Assembly (NCBI GenBank): GCA_964468645.1
Contig: CAYXUU010000033.1
Location: 2,138-66,137 of the forward strand
Reading direction: 5' to 3'
DNA: 64,000 bases
DNA from: an uncultured Bacteroidales bacterium
GTDB taxonomy: Bacteria > Bacteroidota > Bacteroidia > Bacteroidales > JAIOZK01
Shown one piece after another: positions 1 to 9,375 of the stretch. The stretch's first letter is position 1. Each line of letters opens with the position of its first letter. The notes under the pieces were generated by a model, which saw only the letters and a list, made by a program, of their open reading frames with translations, did no database searches and was not told where the DNA came from. Made by a program: the position numbers and the translations under genes.

Positions 1-120
1 TCCAGCATACAATTTCCACCTTCTTTCATCTTTTATCAAAAATTATTAAAATAATTAGGTTTATAACGTAAACTAGTCTAATTTCGTAAAATATTTATTG
101 TTAACCTAAATCAAAAAGTT

Positions 121-696
121 ATGAATAATGAATTAAATCAGGAAAACAGCCTGCAGCTAATCCAAAAAATGATCGAAACTTCCAAAAACAATTTAAGGGA
201 TAATGGAATATTTTTTCTCCTCTGGGGATGGCTGGTGTTAATTGCCAGTATTTCTCATTTTATTTTAATAAAATTCGGGTTTGAATATTCATGGATACCC
301 TGGCCTATTCTAATGATAATAGGTACCATTGCATCGGTTATTATCGGGATCAGGATAGGGAAGAAGTCACGGGTAATTACCTATTTCGATAAGATGATGA
401 TCTATTTATGGTATGGGTTCTTCTTTGTTGTTGTACTTATTATTGTGATGGCTTATATGGACAAGATCTCCTGGGAGGTTGCCCAGCCATTGATCATTGC
501 CATGTATGGAATGGGTACCTTTGTTTCGGGAGGAGTATTGAAATTTAAACCGCTTATCATAGGTGGGGTATTATGCTGGATCACATCAATTGTAGCCTTT
601 TTTGTACCTTATGATTTCGTCCTGTTGATAATTGCAGTATCAATAATAGTATCTTATCTTATCCCGGGTTACATGTTACGGGCTAAAAAAGCTTAG
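121..696 (+). CDS. Integral membrane protein (~6 TM), hypothetical
   Basis: 191-aa ORF with six hydrophobic segments; 6 bp upstream of a small wHTH regulator gene. Confidence 0.75.
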   Translation: MNNELNQENSLQLIQKMIETSKNNLRDNGIFFLLWGWLVLIASISHFILIKFGFEYSWIPWPILMIIGTIASVIIGIRIGKKSRVITYFDKMMIYLWYGFFFVVVLIIVMAYMDKISWEVAQPLIIAMYGMGTFVSGGVLKFKPLIIGGVLCWITSIVAFFVPYDFVLLIIAVSIIVSYLIPGYMLRAKKA

Positions 697-702
697 ATCG
701 CG

Positions 703-987
703 ATGTTTAAAAATTTAGATCCTTTGCTTCATTCCCAGGTTCGATTATCTATTATGTCGATCCTGGTAAGTGTTGAATCGGCGGAGTTCAGTTTTTTACT
801 GGAGAAAACCGGTGCCACCAAAGGCAATTTAAGTGTACAGATCAGTAAGCTTGAAGAAGCCGGATATATAGAAGTCATTAAAACCTTCAGAAAAAAATAC
901 CCCCTTACAACATGTAAGATCACAAAAGCTGGTATTGTAGCTTTTGAGAAATATGTGGAGGCGATAAGTGGCTATCTGAAGAAATAA
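703..987 (+). CDS. Winged-helix transcriptional regulator (HTH_34, MarR/ArsR-like)
   Basis: LDPLLHSQVRLSIMSIL...GNLSVQISKLEEAGYI...KITKAG motif pattern. Confidence 0.85.
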   Translation: MFKNLDPLLHSQVRLSIMSILVSVESAEFSFLLEKTGATKGNLSVQISKLEEAGYIEVIKTFRKKYPLTTCKITKAGIVAFEKYVEAISGYLKK

Positions 988-1043
988 TAGGAACTGGCAT
1001 ATCAGGCAATACAATACAGCAAGTCACTCACTATATTATGTTT

Positions 1044-1140
1044 CAATGTCCAAATACCAACACCGAATGTCCAATATCCAATCGGGGTATGCATATTATC
1101 GATTGGATATTGGGAGTTGGATATTCGATATTGGATATTC
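1044..1140. repeat. Heptamer-based (aatatcc/ggatatt) tandem repeats arranged as an inverted pair
   Basis: ccaatatccaatcg (1071-1084) pairs with cgattggatattgg (1100-1113); degenerate 7-mers on both sides; lies between convergent genes. Confidence 0.7.
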
Positions 1141-1150
1141 CTGGTAAGGT

Positions 1151-1233
1151 ATTCATCGGATGACTGTGTTTGCCACAATTCCCTGTAGTATTAAACTTGA
1201 TTATGACATAAATGCCATAGTCATCCGATGAAT
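1151..1233. repeat. REPIN-like element copy 1
   Basis: attcatcggatgact - 53 bp - agtcatccgatgaat, perfect 15-bp inverted arms. Confidence 0.8.
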
Positions 1234-1271
1234 TTGTATAAACCTATAATTCCTCTTGAATTTGCATAAAC

Positions 1272-3539
1272 CTATAATTCCTCTATTTGTATTCTTAGTG
1301 CATCGATCTGCGCTTGCAGGTTCTGTATCTGCTGATCCTTGTTTTCCAGTTCTGTATTGAGTTCCTGAACGGCTTTTACAAGGGGAACCACAAATTCGGC
1401 ATAGCGTATGCCATAGAAATCTTCATTGTTCTTTGGTTTGTCAACGCCACTAAAATCATAACCGGCCGACCTGGCTGCCTGATCCACTTCCTGGGCAATG
1501 AACCCGGTGTAGCGTTTTTCTCCCTTATCATAGTTTTGTGGTAGCACTGATGCATCCACCATGCCATAATGATCCTGAAAAAACTGCTCAATTTGATACA
1601 GATCTATGTTGTAGCTCACCGGTCGAAGCAGGGTTAAAAATTCCAATCCTTTCACATCTTCTTCTACATTGACCTTGAACCTTGCATCTGAGGGCAGGGT
1701 TGTCCAACTTACGAAACCGCCTATACTACCCACATTACTGTCACCAATGCGCACCTGGTTACTGGCAGTGTTTCCGGCACCGACACCAAGGCATGTACTA
1801 TTACTGTATTCGGCACCTGAAAAGGTATTACTACCTATTGCTGTATTTTGATTACCGGTAGTATTGCCTGATCCCGCCCACATACCTATTGCTGTGTTTC
1901 CAGTTCCTGTTGTATTCCCGTGAAGTGCAAACCTTCCTGCAGCTGTATTGTTACTACCTGTGGTGTTAGTTGTAAGTGCAACGTCTCCGATTGCTGTATT
2001 TGAATTGCCGTTGGTATTTCCAGAAAGCGCATTGTTACCAGCAGCTGTATTATGAATACCTAAACTATCAGCTTTAAGTGCATAATAGCCAACAGCAGTA
2101 TTATTGGATACCCTGCATGTACTTAGTGCATGATCACCTACAGCAGTATTACCAACACCTACTTCGTTAAAACGAAGCGCGTAATTTCCAATCCCGGTGT
2201 TTGAAAACGCTTCCTCATTGGCATAAAGCGCATAATATCCGATCGCAACATTACGTCTTCCCGTTGTATTCTTATAAAGTGCCTGGTATCCGCTGGCGGT
2301 ATTGTTATAGCCGGTAGTGTTATCATACAATGATTTGTATCCACTTGAGGTGTTGTAATCCCCGGTTGTATTCGAGTAAAGGGCAGAATAACCTGTAGCA
2401 GTATTATGATCACCGGTCGTGCTGGAATACAGGGCTCTGGCACCGGTTGCAGTATTGTATGAACCATTGTTGTTGTATAGTGCTTCCAGACCGAATGCCG
2501 CATTACTAACACCTCCGGTATTTTCAACAAGCGTTCGGTTACCGAAGGCACAATTATTTATACCAGTTGTATTTGCATATAAGGCACCGACACCTGTTGC
2601 TGTGTTATCATCTCCAGTTGTATTGAAAGATAGGGCATTCTTTCCGGTTGCAGTATTGTATTCACCTGTTGTATTTGTATAAAGGGCACCTGCACCTGTG
2701 GCTGTGTTATGGCTTCCAGTTGTGTTATTACTGAGTGAGCTTTTTCCGGTTGCTGTATTGAAAGTTCCTGTTAAATTGGAGTAAAGGGCATCCAATCCTA
2801 TACCTGTATTTGAGTGACCGGTAGTGTTCGTTGCAATAGCCATCCGGCCAACAGCTGTATTGGCATACCCTGACGTGTTAGAAGCTCCAGCCTGATGACC
2901 AAGGAAAACATTTTCATTATCAGTTAGATCGTCAAATCTTCCAGCCTCATAACCAATAAATATAGATTTGCCGGTATTTTCAGGTTCCAGACGTGATCCT
3001 GTCATAATCCACCTTTCACTTCCTGCCAGCGTGAATCTTATTTTGTCTTCATCAGGATTTTTTTCTACCTGAATCCTGGTGTCCCCGTCACTATCTTCAA
3101 GTACCGAGCAGTTCCCTGAACCCCCGCTTCCCGCTGTTTTAGCATATCTGGCATGCAAAGCATAAGGCACTGAGAATATTTGACTTGTGCCAGCTATGGT
3201 ATAATTAGTGCCTCCATCAGGATCGGTTTCGGTTTTAATGAAGTAGGATCCATTCGCCCAATTTATGGATGAAAAATCACCGGAAACAACCGTTCCGTTA
3301 CCAATCATTAAACTAACCATCCCGTTGTTGTTGGTGGTTGGTGTATGTGTCTCAACATAAACAGCAGTACCGCTTATGGATCCCTGAAGTATGCTGATCT
3401 GCATGCCTATGGTTCTGTTATTTAGCAATTTGTTTGCTGTATCCCTGACAATAGCCTGGTAGCTCATCATTTGTGGGGCCTGGGCAAAATTGCATGCATA
3501 TATCATCAATGCTGCAAAACTTAAAATGAATCGTTTCAT
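1272..3539 (-). CDS. Secreted fibre-like protein with 14-aa beta-helix repeats and C-terminal S74 intramolecular chaperone domain
   Basis: Signal peptide; SYQAIVRD...SVPYALHA N-domain; many NTAxGxxALxxNTTG repeats; SDARFKVNV...GFIAQEV...YAEFVVPLVKAVQEL followed by a coiled coil. Confidence 0.85.
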   Translation of the reverse strand: MKRFILSFAALMIYACNFAQAPQMMSYQAIVRDTANKLLNNRTIGMQISILQGSISGTAVYVETHTPTTNNNGMVSLMIGNGTVVSGDFSSINWANGSYFIKTETDPDGGTNYTIAGTSQIFSVPYALHARYAKTAGSGGSGNCSVLEDSDGDTRIQVEKNPDEDKIRFTLAGSERWIMTGSRLEPENTGKSIFIGYEAGRFDDLTDNENVFLGHQAGASNTSGYANTAVGRMAIATNTTGHSNTGIGLDALYSNLTGTFNTATGKSSLSNNTTGSHNTATGAGALYTNTTGEYNTATGKNALSFNTTGDDNTATGVGALYANTTGINNCAFGNRTLVENTGGVSNAAFGLEALYNNNGSYNTATGARALYSSTTGDHNTATGYSALYSNTTGDYNTSSGYKSLYDNTTGYNNTASGYQALYKNTTGRRNVAIGYYALYANEEAFSNTGIGNYALRFNEVGVGNTAVGDHALSTCRVSNNTAVGYYALKADSLGIHNTAAGNNALSGNTNGNSNTAIGDVALTTNTTGSNNTAAGRFALHGNTTGTGNTAIGMWAGSGNTTGNQNTAIGSNTFSGAEYSNSTCLGVGAGNTASNQVRIGDSNVGSIGGFVSWTTLPSDARFKVNVEEDVKGLEFLTLLRPVSYNIDLYQIEQFFQDHYGMVDASVLPQNYDKGEKRYTGFIAQEVDQAARSAGYDFSGVDKPKNNEDFYGIRYAEFVVPLVKAVQELNTELENKDQQIQNLQAQIDALRIQIEEL

Positions 3540-3545
3540 GATTTT

Positions 3546-4025
3546 TTATTTTTTTATGATTTTGAATTTCTTTATTATCGCATGATTGTCTGTTACCAGG
3601 AGTAAATAAACAGCCGAGGAAAGATTCCCTGTTTGAATACCTGTCTGTTTCGAGCTTATCTTTTCATTGGCCAGAAGTATACCGTTCAGGTTATAAAGCC
3701 GGTATTCCAGGTTCTGAATTTTATAGTCATCTACATCCAGGTATAGCATCTCAGTTGCAGGATTAGGATAAGCTTTACATTCAAGTTGAATTTTCCTGGC
3801 TTCTTCAATGCCTGTTACAACAGATATCTCATAGGGTTGCTGCAATCCTGGAATCACAGAACCATTCGGTCCGGTCTGGGTGGTGTATACCACCTGACCT
3901 ACAGAATAACATACAGAGCCATCACCTGTTGCTTTACCGCCGGTGACCATAACAGATTCTTGTGCTTCTATGGTTGTCAACCAGAGACAGGATAAGAATA
4001 ATATTAGTAGTTTTAATCTTGTCAT
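3546..4025 (-). CDS. Small T9SS type A sorting domain protein
   Basis: Signal peptide, short GSVCYSVGQVVY...LQQPYEI domain, AYPNPA...YLL...KFKIIKK CTD. Confidence 0.85.
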   Translation of the reverse strand: MTRLKLLILFLSCLWLTTIEAQESVMVTGGKATGDGSVCYSVGQVVYTTQTGPNGSVIPGLQQPYEISVVTGIEEARKIQLECKAYPNPATEMLYLDVDDYKIQNLEYRLYNLNGILLANEKISSKQTGIQTGNLSSAVYLLLVTDNHAIIKKFKIIKK

Positions 4026-4054
4026 GATTTCAGATTTAAGTTAATAATATGAAC

Positions 4055-4117
4055 CAAAAGTAAGTTGTCAGGTACGATAACCATGTAAACATTTCAGCAT
4101 GTCTTTAAAGATTTTGG
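4055..4117 (-). promoter_or_regulatory. -7 promoter (TACTTTTG) with 20-bp-period direct-repeat operator
   Basis: caaaagta 4055-4062; taaacattt at 4086 and taaagattt at 4106. Confidence 0.6.
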
Positions 4118-4139
4118 AAAAAGAATGAAAGAACCATTT

Positions 4140-4222
4140 ATTCATCGGATGACTTTGTTTAGCCGGATGTACCGGAGTATAATATTTAGTAGTATTTTGT
4201 ACAGGGTAGTCATCCGATGAAT
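4140..4222. repeat. REPIN-like element copy 2
   Basis: Same 15-bp arms as copy 1, 53-bp spacer. Confidence 0.8.
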
Positions 4223-4247
4223 TGGTAAACCATAGCTGATATAAAAT

Positions 4248-4330
4248 ATTCATCGGATGCCTTAAGTCACTCAGAGGTACCGGAGTATAATATTTAGTCG
4301 GATTTTGCATGATATACTCATCAGATGAAT
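4248..4330. repeat. REPIN-like element copy 3 (degenerate arms)
   Basis: attcatcggatgcct - 53 bp - actcatcagatgaat; shares gtaccggagtataatatttagt with copy 2 (108-bp period). Confidence 0.75.
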
Positions 4331-4354
4331 TGGTAAACCATTTATTATGTGGTA

Positions 4355-5593
4355 TCATTTCGTAAGCATTATCTTACCACCTGAATAAGCCCTGTCAGAC
4401 AATACTTTAATGAAATAGGTTCCGGGTGAGTTTCCACCCAGGTTTACAATGATTTCGGTATCGTTGGCATCCTGGGAAAATACCAGTTGCCCCTGCATAT
4501 TAAAAACAGATATTTCCTCGATATTCCTGATTCCTTTTACGTTAAGGATACCGTTGGTATAGGTCGGGTAAATATTGACAGGCATATCAATGCCAACCTC
4601 CGGCAGGCTGTTTAACGGATCAAAGGCTGAATTATATATCCATGCTTCATCCAGGGCCTGGCCTTCCCTGAGGCCTCCAAAAATTAACATCTCAAAGTCA
4701 GAATCCTTAGCATCTCCTATTGTTATCATGGGTATTAGAGTAACGGAAAATTTACCAGTACCTGGGGTCCAATTCTTTGTTTGAATGTTAAATTTAGAAA
4801 CAGTTCCAACCTCAGGATAAGAGCCATTGACTTTTGTTGTACCTCCATGTACACAAAGTGTATTATTGTGAGTTGCAAAGGCTGAGAATTTAATATCCAC
4901 TGGTGCATCACCACTGAACTGTACATTGCTCCATTGCTGGGTAGAGATACTATAGGATTGCATATCGTTTTTAAAACCCTGATCATCAGCTCCTCCAAAA
5001 ACGTATAATTTGTCATCGTGATAGGATGTAACATGGCCATACCGTGCTCCCTCAAACGAAGCCCCTTTTTCCCATTGCTGGGTGTTTACATCATAAGCCC
5101 AGGTTTCATCAAATATTTCGGAAAGTGTACCACCGGTGATCCATATCTTATCCGGCCCGCTCACTGCCCTGTGATGAATACGCATAAGGGGAACCTGTGG
5201 GCCGCCATTGTTTTTCTGAGTCCAGTTGGTATCCTGCGGGTCATATTCCCATACTTCCTGGGTGATCCCTGTTTCCGCGGTTTCACCGAAGAATACATAC
5301 ATCTTGCCATCCTTGGCTGCAGCTGCGTGATATTTTCGGCCGGCGGGTGGGTTTGCTGGTACAAGCTCCTCCCAATCACCATTTGTATCATTATATTGCC
5401 ATATATCATTCAGGATATTTCGACTTGTAGTAGACTCACCCCCATAAACATAGATCATATTGTCAATCTTTACCATGGAATGTCCGTAGCGAGCCGGGGA
5501 AGTTGGTCCGGTTTGTTGCTGCCAGGGGTCCTGGGCATAAAGTGTTATTCCGAGAAAGAAAACAAAACAAAAAAGTAAGTTTAATTTTTTCAT
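4355..5593 (-). CDS. Kelch-repeat beta-propeller protein with T9SS type A CTD
   Basis: Repeated RxGH...YVFGG...W motifs; IYPT...FNMQGQLV...GTYFIKV CTD; signal peptide. Confidence 0.85.
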   Translation of the reverse strand: MKKLNLLFCFVFFLGITLYAQDPWQQQTGPTSPARYGHSMVKIDNMIYVYGGESTTSRNILNDIWQYNDTNGDWEELVPANPPAGRKYHAAAAKDGKMYVFFGETAETGITQEVWEYDPQDTNWTQKNNGGPQVPLMRIHHRAVSGPDKIWITGGTLSEIFDETWAYDVNTQQWEKGASFEGARYGHVTSYHDDKLYVFGGADDQGFKNDMQSYSISTQQWSNVQFSGDAPVDIKFSAFATHNNTLCVHGGTTKVNGSYPEVGTVSKFNIQTKNWTPGTGKFSVTLIPMITIGDAKDSDFEMLIFGGLREGQALDEAWIYNSAFDPLNSLPEVGIDMPVNIYPTYTNGILNVKGIRNIEEISVFNMQGQLVFSQDANDTEIIVNLGGNSPGTYFIKVLSDRAYSGGKIMLTK

Positions 5594-5621
5594 GGTTTAC
5601 AAGTTTGGTTAATACTTAAGC

Positions 5622-5685
5622 CAAATGTAGGCTGACATATTAATAAACCATGTAAAGATTTCGGAATACTTCTAAAGATTTCGGG
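5622..5685 (-). promoter_or_regulatory. -7 promoter (TACATTTG) with 20-bp-period direct-repeat operator
   Basis: caaatgta 5622-5629; taaagatttcgg at 5653 and 5673. Confidence 0.65.
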
Positions 5686-5756
5686 AAAAGACGATTTAAG
5701 CAAACATGAGGAGGCGGGATATGTTGAGGTGATCAATCCTTCAAAGAAAATAAGTT

Positions 5757-5865
5757 GTTACGCAAAGCTACGCGAAGAAAAAGCAAAGTTACGCTATGGA
5801 TTTCTTTGCGAACCTTAGCGACTCTTTGCGCAACTTAGCTATTTCTTTGCGCAACTCTGCGTAAC
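5757..5865. repeat. cgcaaag/ctttgcg short-repeat imperfect palindrome
   Basis: gttacgcaaagctacgcgaag ... ctttgcgcaactctgcgtaac. Confidence 0.65.
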
Positions 5866-5909
5866 AGTAAAAACTATTTAAAATTCTGGACTTTAAAGAC
5901 GAACTTTGA

Positions 5910-7697
5910 TTAAGGATTTATATTTCGGTAAACCGTTGGTGTTAAGCCTGTATTTCGCTTGAATGTCTGGTAAAAGGTGGTATTGTTATTAAACCCACAA
6001 TTCTCCGCTATGGCTTCCAGTGTCAGATGGTTGGAATCGTCAGCCCGCAACTCCTTCTTGGCCTTTTCAATACGGTAGGTATTTACAAAGGTGTTGAAGT
6101 TCATGCCTGTTTTATCCTTGATGGCTGTGGAAACATATTTGTTGTTTGTCCCCAGTTCCCTGGCCAGATAATCAACCGTTATCTGTGGATTGGTGTACTC
6201 CTGTTTTTCAACCACCAGGTCGTAAATATTTTTAAACAGGGTTGAACCTGGTTCAGTTGTCTCACTGGTGAAATAACTATCCTGTAGCTGATCCCACTGT
6301 CGGCTTAATTCTATATTCCTTTCCAGCAGGTTTTTATTTTTTATCCTTACTTTTTTCAGAAATCGCAAAACGATGATAAAGCCAAGCAGCAAAAGAAATG
6401 CAATGGTGGAGATCAGGATGATCTGCTTTTTCCGGTTCGATAATTGTAAATCCTGGAATCTGATCTGCCTGTCTTTCTGAGCCGTTCTGTAAATAACTTC
6501 GCTTTCTCCTATGCTTCTGAATTTTTCGATGGCTGCCAGGGTGTCTTTTCTGGCCATCGAAAGATTATAGTAATGGAGGAACTTCTGATAGTTACCGTTT
6601 TTTGCATAAAGGTTGGCCAGGTTCTGTTCAATCTCCAATAAGAGCGTTGTTGCTCCCAGTTTACTCAAACCATCAAAAGCGATGAGTAGATTCCCCTCTG
6701 CCTGTTCAAACTGGTTAAGGGCTGTTTGAACCTTACCCAGGCTTCCTGTCACCTGGAACCAGGTAGCGGGGAATTTTGAAGGGATACAATATTCAAGTGC
6801 TTTCTTATAGGTAGCATAAGCATCCTGCAGTTTATTCTGAGCGAAGAGTGCATCGCCGTAATCCTGGTAAATTTTCACCAGTCGTTCCTGGTCGTTTAAG
6901 GCAAGGCCAATGCCCAGTGCATTATTAAAGTAGTATTCAGCTTCAGCATAGTTTTTCCCGGCCATTTCAACTGAGGACATCATCCGGTAGGCTTCGGAAA
7001 TCCTAACGGAATCATTAAACTGCTTCAGCACTTCCAGTGCTTCGAGAATATTCCGGCGGGCTTCCTCCTGGTTGTTCATCCGGATATTCAGGGAAGCAAC
7101 ATCCAGTTTTGCCTCAGCCGCAACATAAGGCAAACCGAGTTCCTCATTTAAATTGATGGATTCATAATAATAGCCGGCAGCTTGGTCATAATCACCCAGG
7201 AATTCATAATTACAGCCTATGTTCAGGGCGCAGAAAGCACGAAATGACCCGGCCGTTGGAGACTCTTTTGCCCATGCTGTGGCCAGTGCCTTTTGATAGG
7301 TGTTGATGGAAAGGTTCCAGTAATGCATATAATAATAAGATATCCCCAGGTAATGGTAGGACCATGAAAGCAAACTGTCGTTATGATTGGCAATGGCGTA
7401 TTGAATGAGCTCTTCTGTGACCTCCTGTACGAGGTCAGGTTCATTCCAGACCGCTTCACCCGCCCAATCATTTAAGGCCATGATTTTAGCACCAACATCG
7501 GTCTTAATTGTATTCATATGGCTTGCTTCCTCCGCTTCAAGGATAATAGCAAGTATGCTGTCTTTCTTTGATTCATCGGAAACATCTGCATATGCGGCAA
7601 AACCCTTAAGCAAAATTAATAGCACCAATCCTTTTTTTATAAGGCAGGTAACACGGTGCGTATTATAAGCTGTAAACAGAGATGCATAAACTATCAT
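5910..7697 (-). CDS. Membrane-anchored TPR-AraC family transcriptional regulator
   Basis: TPR repeats, one TM helix, C-terminal FNTFVNTYRIEKAK...IAENCGFNNNTTFYQTFKRNTGLTP; true start may lie slightly downstream. Confidence 0.9.
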   Translation of the reverse strand: MIVYASLFTAYNTHRVTCLIKKGLVLLILLKGFAAYADVSDESKKDSILAIILEAEEASHMNTIKTDVGAKIMALNDWAGEAVWNEPDLVQEVTEELIQYAIANHNDSLLSWSYHYLGISYYYMHYWNLSINTYQKALATAWAKESPTAGSFRAFCALNIGCNYEFLGDYDQAAGYYYESINLNEELGLPYVAAEAKLDVASLNIRMNNQEEARRNILEALEVLKQFNDSVRISEAYRMMSSVEMAGKNYAEAEYYFNNALGIGLALNDQERLVKIYQDYGDALFAQNKLQDAYATYKKALEYCIPSKFPATWFQVTGSLGKVQTALNQFEQAEGNLLIAFDGLSKLGATTLLLEIEQNLANLYAKNGNYQKFLHYYNLSMARKDTLAAIEKFRSIGESEVIYRTAQKDRQIRFQDLQLSNRKKQIILISTIAFLLLLGFIIVLRFLKKVRIKNKNLLERNIELSRQWDQLQDSYFTSETTEPGSTLFKNIYDLVVEKQEYTNPQITVDYLARELGTNNKYVSTAIKDKTGMNFNTFVNTYRIEKAKKELRADDSNHLTLEAIAENCGFNNNTTFYQTFKRNTGLTPTVYRNINP

Positions 7698-7802
7698 ACA
7701 ACAAAATAAATATTATCCTGTGTTGAGATGCAATATCAGATAAAAGTAAAATAAAAATAACGAAAATATAAAAGAATCACGATGTTGTAAAAGTATAAAG
7801 GC

Positions 7803-8090
7803 TCAGTTGTTTGGTTCATTTGTTTTTTTGAAATATATCCCCATCCTATCAAATGCTTTATTGATCATTTCTTCGGGTACACAAAAGGAAAGCCTGATAT
7901 GATTTTCGCCAGTTGGCCCAAAAGCTATTCCCGGAGTTGTAGAAATCCTGGCTTTAGTTAACAGGTTTTTACTGAAATTAATTGAATCGTTTTCCTGATT
8001 CAAATTACCAAGCTCGTGTCCTGATGAAAAAATCTGGTAATTAAGAATATACAGTGATATTTGTTTGTTGGATAGTTTAGGTTGTTTCAT
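7803..8090 (-). pseudogene. C-terminal remnant of a class I/II PLP aminotransferase
   Basis: TPGIAFGPTGENHIRLSFC...AFDRM matches the aminotransferase C-terminus; the PLP-lysine domain is absent. Confidence 0.65.
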
Positions 8091-8166
8091 CTATCACGTG
8101 CATATTGAAAACTTTTTCGATTTCTTTTACAATGTGAAAAATCATAACAGATATATCAGCTTCCTT

Positions 8167-9303
8167 CTACAGCCTGCTAATCGTTTCCCTGTAAACAACC
8201 CCTCTCTCCTTCAGTCCATTCAGGATAAACTTAACACATTCAGGATATTTACCGATAAATTCGGGTGGTGAAATCCCTTTATCGGAGTAAAGTCCCCTGG
8301 CCACCATCCGAAGTGCCATTGTGGCTGTGTATCCAGTTGTACGGGCCATACTGTGGACACCGGATGCAGGATCGTATTCATCATAAAGATCCCATTCATA
8401 TCTTATATGATCCGAACCTTTGACACCTTCAACGATTACCTTCATCACCGTTATATCACCTTCTCCCTGTTCCAGTTTCCACTTGGGGAACAATAGCTTT
8501 GTAGTAAAATCAATTGGTTTGATGGTATTGCCATCAATCTCGATGGGCGTATCATTAAAGAATCCTGTTTCCTTCAAGACCTTAATTTTGTCGATATGCC
8601 CGGGATACCTTAATGTTTTTTCAATCATATAAGGGGCGTCAATTGTATGGATGATACTTCTGAGACCATCACTGTTAAATGCTTCCAGGGTACCAACCTG
8701 AGGAAACTCCATTAATTCTGGCTCTGTTAATGCCGGCTTAATGACCAGTTTATTATTCTCTACATACCTTGCCGGACGGGTATATTCTTCGATTACATCT
8801 ACAGGGGAAAATACCGCTTTATAATCCCAGGGCCAGGTCCTGGTTTTTGGCAATCCTCCAACAAAGATCTTTACTTTATTGGTTTTATCCAGAAGATGAT
8901 CGGCATATCCTATCAGGATATTGCTCATGCCAGGAGCAACTCCAATATCCGGGATTGCTACAACATTCCTTTCTGCAGCCAATTCTTTCAGTTCAAACAC
9001 ATCTTCAGGGAAAAAGGCAATATCAATTACGTTTTTACCTGCTTCGATTACTGCTTTCAGGGTTTGAAATCCCATGAATCCGGGGACTGCATTGAGCACA
9101 ATTTCAAAACCTGGGATGATCTCTTTTACATTCTTTCCGCTGCTGAGATCTTCTTCAATGGTGTTTACATTACCCTGCCTGGATAATCCATCCAGAAGTT
9201 CCCTGTTAATATCAGCTACGGTAACTTCAAAACCTTTATCCTTCGCCAGGTCAAGCGCCATAGGGCCTCCAACAAGCCCTGCTCCAAGTATGATTACTTT
9301 CAT
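8167..9303 (-). CDS. Saccharopine dehydrogenase / lysine 6-dehydrogenase family
   Basis: GAGLVG Rossmann motif; GVAPGMSN; IEEYTRPAR; EKTLRYPGH; MARTTG. Confidence 0.9.
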   Translation of the reverse strand: MKVIILGAGLVGGPMALDLAKDKGFEVTVADINRELLDGLSRQGNVNTIEEDLSSGKNVKEIIPGFEIVLNAVPGFMGFQTLKAVIEAGKNVIDIAFFPEDVFELKELAAERNVVAIPDIGVAPGMSNILIGYADHLLDKTNKVKIFVGGLPKTRTWPWDYKAVFSPVDVIEEYTRPARYVENNKLVIKPALTEPELMEFPQVGTLEAFNSDGLRSIIHTIDAPYMIEKTLRYPGHIDKIKVLKETGFFNDTPIEIDGNTIKPIDFTTKLLFPKWKLEQGEGDITVMKVIVEGVKGSDHIRYEWDLYDEYDPASGVHSMARTTGYTATMALRMVARGLYSDKGISPPEFIGKYPECVKFILNGLKERGVVYRETISRL

Positions 9304-9375
9304 GTGTTTAATTGTTTATTGTTATGCTTCTTCTTCTACAAAATTCAAAGATCTTTTCGAATTCTGCTCATCTCC

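Noticed and set aside
1272-3539. Prophage tail fibre
   Set aside because: Has a Sec signal peptide and no phage structural or packaging genes nearby.
4140-4340. CRISPR array or integron attC sites
   Set aside because: Only two tandem units with homologous spacers, no cas or intI gene, and no clear RYYYAAC/GTTRRRY ends.
4068-4358. 96-aa ORF with an internal repeat
   Set aside because: It is the translation of REPIN copies 2-3 and overlaps a promoter.
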